64,000 bases of DNA from Botryllus schlosseri (lineage: Eukaryota), in contig CM119371.1 of NCBI GenBank assembly GCA_051294905.1, forward strand, positions 32,614,001 through 32,678,000. Direction: 5' to 3'. Under the pieces are notes generated by a model that saw only the letters and a list, made by a program, of their open reading frames with translations, did no database searches and had not been told where the DNA came from. Of this stretch, positions 61,299 through 64,000 are shown piece after piece. The position numbers and the translations under genes were made by a program. Position 1 is the first letter of the stretch. Every line of letters starts with the position of its first letter.

Positions 61299-62854
61299 CA
61301 GCGGTTCTCAACCTTTTTGGACATGCGCCACCCTTGGGGATGGTCGAAAATATTTCGCCCCCCTGACCCCCACCCCTACACTTTTCGTCATGTCAAAAAG
61401 AGAACATCATCTAATACAAAGGTAGGCAACCTTTTTGCTAATCATGGCCCATTTCGATTACTTATGAAGCATGAGGCAGCATTCCAGGGCATAGCCGTAA
61501 TAAACTAACTGGACGCGAAATACCTATGTTAATCTGTCCATATCCATTGCCGGTGAACTACGGAGTCCGGACGACTATACTTTAAGCCTTTTTCGTACGT
61601 ACCGAAATCGCGAGTCGCAATGGTATGAATAGATGCTGGGGTTGCATATTGTCGCGCGGACCGCGAAAATTTTTCAGATTCACGAATGAATTCCGTAATT
61701 AATAGTAGCATATGACATATTATTATCAAATATTTATCCTCTCCTAGCCCATGTGATCAGATACACTGGTAGGGATCATTGAGAGAGTGCTTTTGAAAAT
61801 TTAGGGCAAGTTATAAATGATAATGCATCTTCGGGTGGGCCAAATGTTATTAGTTACTTGGTTGCATGCTGTTATTTCTTGACCCCCGATTAGGATTGTC
61901 GATTGTATCGGTAGTGGAAATAAATTAAAATCGCCCAAATGTACCATAAACAAATTCCTTTCGTGCGGAACGCACGATTCCGATTCTGGCCAAGAGTGAG
62001 GAGCGCGCTACTATATTAAAATCGAAAAATTAGGTTATGCTGAATTGCGCGGAGTGTGAAGAAAATTTCAAGATCAATTAGAATCTCTCAAAAATTTTGG
62101 AGTGAATTCGTAATTTCAATTTGCATGTCAACGGATGCCAACACATACTAATTGAATTAGGTGTCGACGGCCGCACAAATTCCCGTCTACAGCAACAGGT
62201 CGCTCTTCCCTGATCTAATAGTATACATATGGTATGTGTTACGCCAAGTTTGAATCCGCATTCCAGTTGTTGAGTCTTTAACATTTCTGACAAATTTCCC
62301 CAAACTTGTTTGAAAATAGCAAAAAAAAATTGAACAGGACATCAAATTATTTCAAGGTAGGTTGCACTGAGAAATCCTAATACTGGTAGTGACTACAGAG
62401 AGCACGGCATCGTTCTGTACTGACATGCTAAATTTGATCCGTTTTGGAATTGAATAAATTGTGTTTATTTAGGGTAGCTTAATTGAGGGCGAAATCGGGC
62501 CACTTATATTGCATCTAAATCTGTGTTAGGCAGTGCAGTTCGCCAATTATTAACAACAGCTAACCAGCGCACCGAACTTTAGGCTACTGCGACGCTATGA
62601 AGTAATGAATGACTTACACGTGGGAATTGCTCTCAATTTTCAAAGAATATCAATAATTTGCTCAAATGAAGTTGAAATCAGCCCATACTCCGATGAGCGC
62701 GAAGGCTGGGGTTAGAATTTGGTGAGATTTCTTGAATACGGAATAAGTTTCATCTTTAAAAATCCTCTTCTCAGAATGATTGTGATACACATTTTTTTAT
62801 CAGAATTCATACAGACGTAGTTAATTTGTCGCGCCCCCAGGTTGAGAACCCCTG
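61299..62854. mobile_element. non-autonomous hAT element, 1556 bp
   Basis: TIRs CAGCGGTTCTCAACCT / AGGTTGAGAACCCCTG (15/16). Perfect TSD ACCTAAAC. Confidence 0.9.
61417..62212. mobile_element. nested decayed hAT MITE (41975 family)
   Basis: Decayed TIRs CAAAGGTAGGCAACC / GGTCGCTCTTCCCTG. Perfect TSD ATCTAATA. Homologous to 41975-42714. Confidence 0.8.
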
Positions 62855-64000
62855 ACCTAAACATAATAATTGTGTCATTGTAACATAAATGTTCAATCGC
62901 CGAAGAATCCATTAGTGTTACAGCCGTGGAGCGTACCCCACTCACCTTTAATTGACGATAATGTTATGGATAAAGGTACACAACGCTCCATGATGGCACT
63001 AACTAAACATCAGGGGGGAAACAATATGCCAATGGTTGCCACAGCGGCCTGCTGAAATAGGTAAACGCTACACAACTCAAGCTACGACCTTTTCATATGT
63101 AACTATTCTCCCCGATTTTTGATAGTATGTTGCGTCCGTGATAGTACCAATGCACGGCGTTTCGAGTCACCAGTCCTTCTCTGAGTGTAACGTTTGACCC
63201 GACTCAACTCATTTTATCAACTAGTCAGTCCGAGCTCGAGTAATTTAAAGAAAGGTCGCGCCCAAGACCAAATCACAATTTTCAGTCACGAATCATCAAC
63301 GGGTCATGTTTTATTATCATGATCAGGTAATCAATGTTCCCTCTAATTTAGGGTTATTTTATTTTTGTGACTCAAATTCTAGACAATCCTTAGCGCCCAC
63401 TAACGGATTTCAAAATGAGGTACGAGCACATTGTAGGTCAATATGACGTCTCACTAGCAAAGCTTTGCCTATCGACCAGAGGTAGTCACGATCCCGTTCA
63501 AGAGTATGTGTTTGTGTGTTGTAAGTTGTAACCAGGACCAAAATCACACTTTATCACCCCTACCGGCCAAATAAACACTGATCTAGGGCCCGCCATAGGC
63601 TAATCTATGCAACTTTTAGGAGATTACTATATGCATCCGATTTCTATATGCATCCGGTAGCTAAATTCCCAATATGACTTCTGTCAATAATATTGCTATT
63701 CCATATATTGCTATATAGTTTTGATCCTCTTTCCATCCACATGACAAGCAAGTTAGCGTTTCTGTTGGAGGATGATGACTTCGAAAATGCAGGAAGCGTA
63801 ATTGTACATTGTTAACTCATATTCACGTCAAACCGATAAGAATATTTATCAGCCAGATGGTGGTGCGCACCACAGAGCTATATAAACACCACGCATCCGG
63901 TGGTTTCCAACCTTTTGTGGTGGCGACTCCCTTTCCAATTTCAAAATGTTCCGTGGCGCAGCTCAACATAGTTGATCAGCTGAATCTTAAAAATAAAAGT

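Noticed and set aside
61930..62215. Similarity to 15765-16075/42400-42714 suggesting that unit 3 continues toward a third ZF gene
   Set aside because: The sequence is the interior of a MITE with its own TSD (ATCTAATA), so it is an independent insertion.

Overview
Eukaryotic (metazoan, probably invertebrate) AT-rich genomic DNA. There are no operons, rRNA or CRISPR arrays. The window is an old, repeatedly reworked tandem segmental duplication: unit 1 is about 3.15-22.6 kb, unit 2 about 32.9-53.5 kb, and a partial unit 3 about 54.1-59.7 kb, with older relics at 23.6-31.7 kb. Each full unit carries one minus-strand tandem C2H2 zinc-finger gene. ZF-1 (19262-20434) has 11 fingers. ZF-2 (49773-51308) has 16 intact fingers plus 1 degenerate finger, followed by dead fingers and a hAT insertion. 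Comparing the two shows that ZF-1 is a chimera joined inside finger 10/21, and that 4 of 7 amino-acid changes in fingers 1-9 fall on base-contacting helix positions. Both use a non-canonical HAGIK linker. Everything else is a dense, nested set of non-autonomous hAT elements (many with readable 8-bp TSDs and empty sites in the paralogous units), hAT transposase remnants, RNase-H LINE and CR1/L2-type 3' fragments, and tRNA-derived SINEs. There is also an unidentified decayed coding-like cassette present in several copies, one of them carried inside a TIR element. Best candidate for a system (inference): a rapidly diversifying KRAB-less zinc-finger array, possibly in conflict with the surrounding transposons. 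Coordinates of TIR/TSD-bounded elements were read directly; other boundaries and all identity estimates are by eye.
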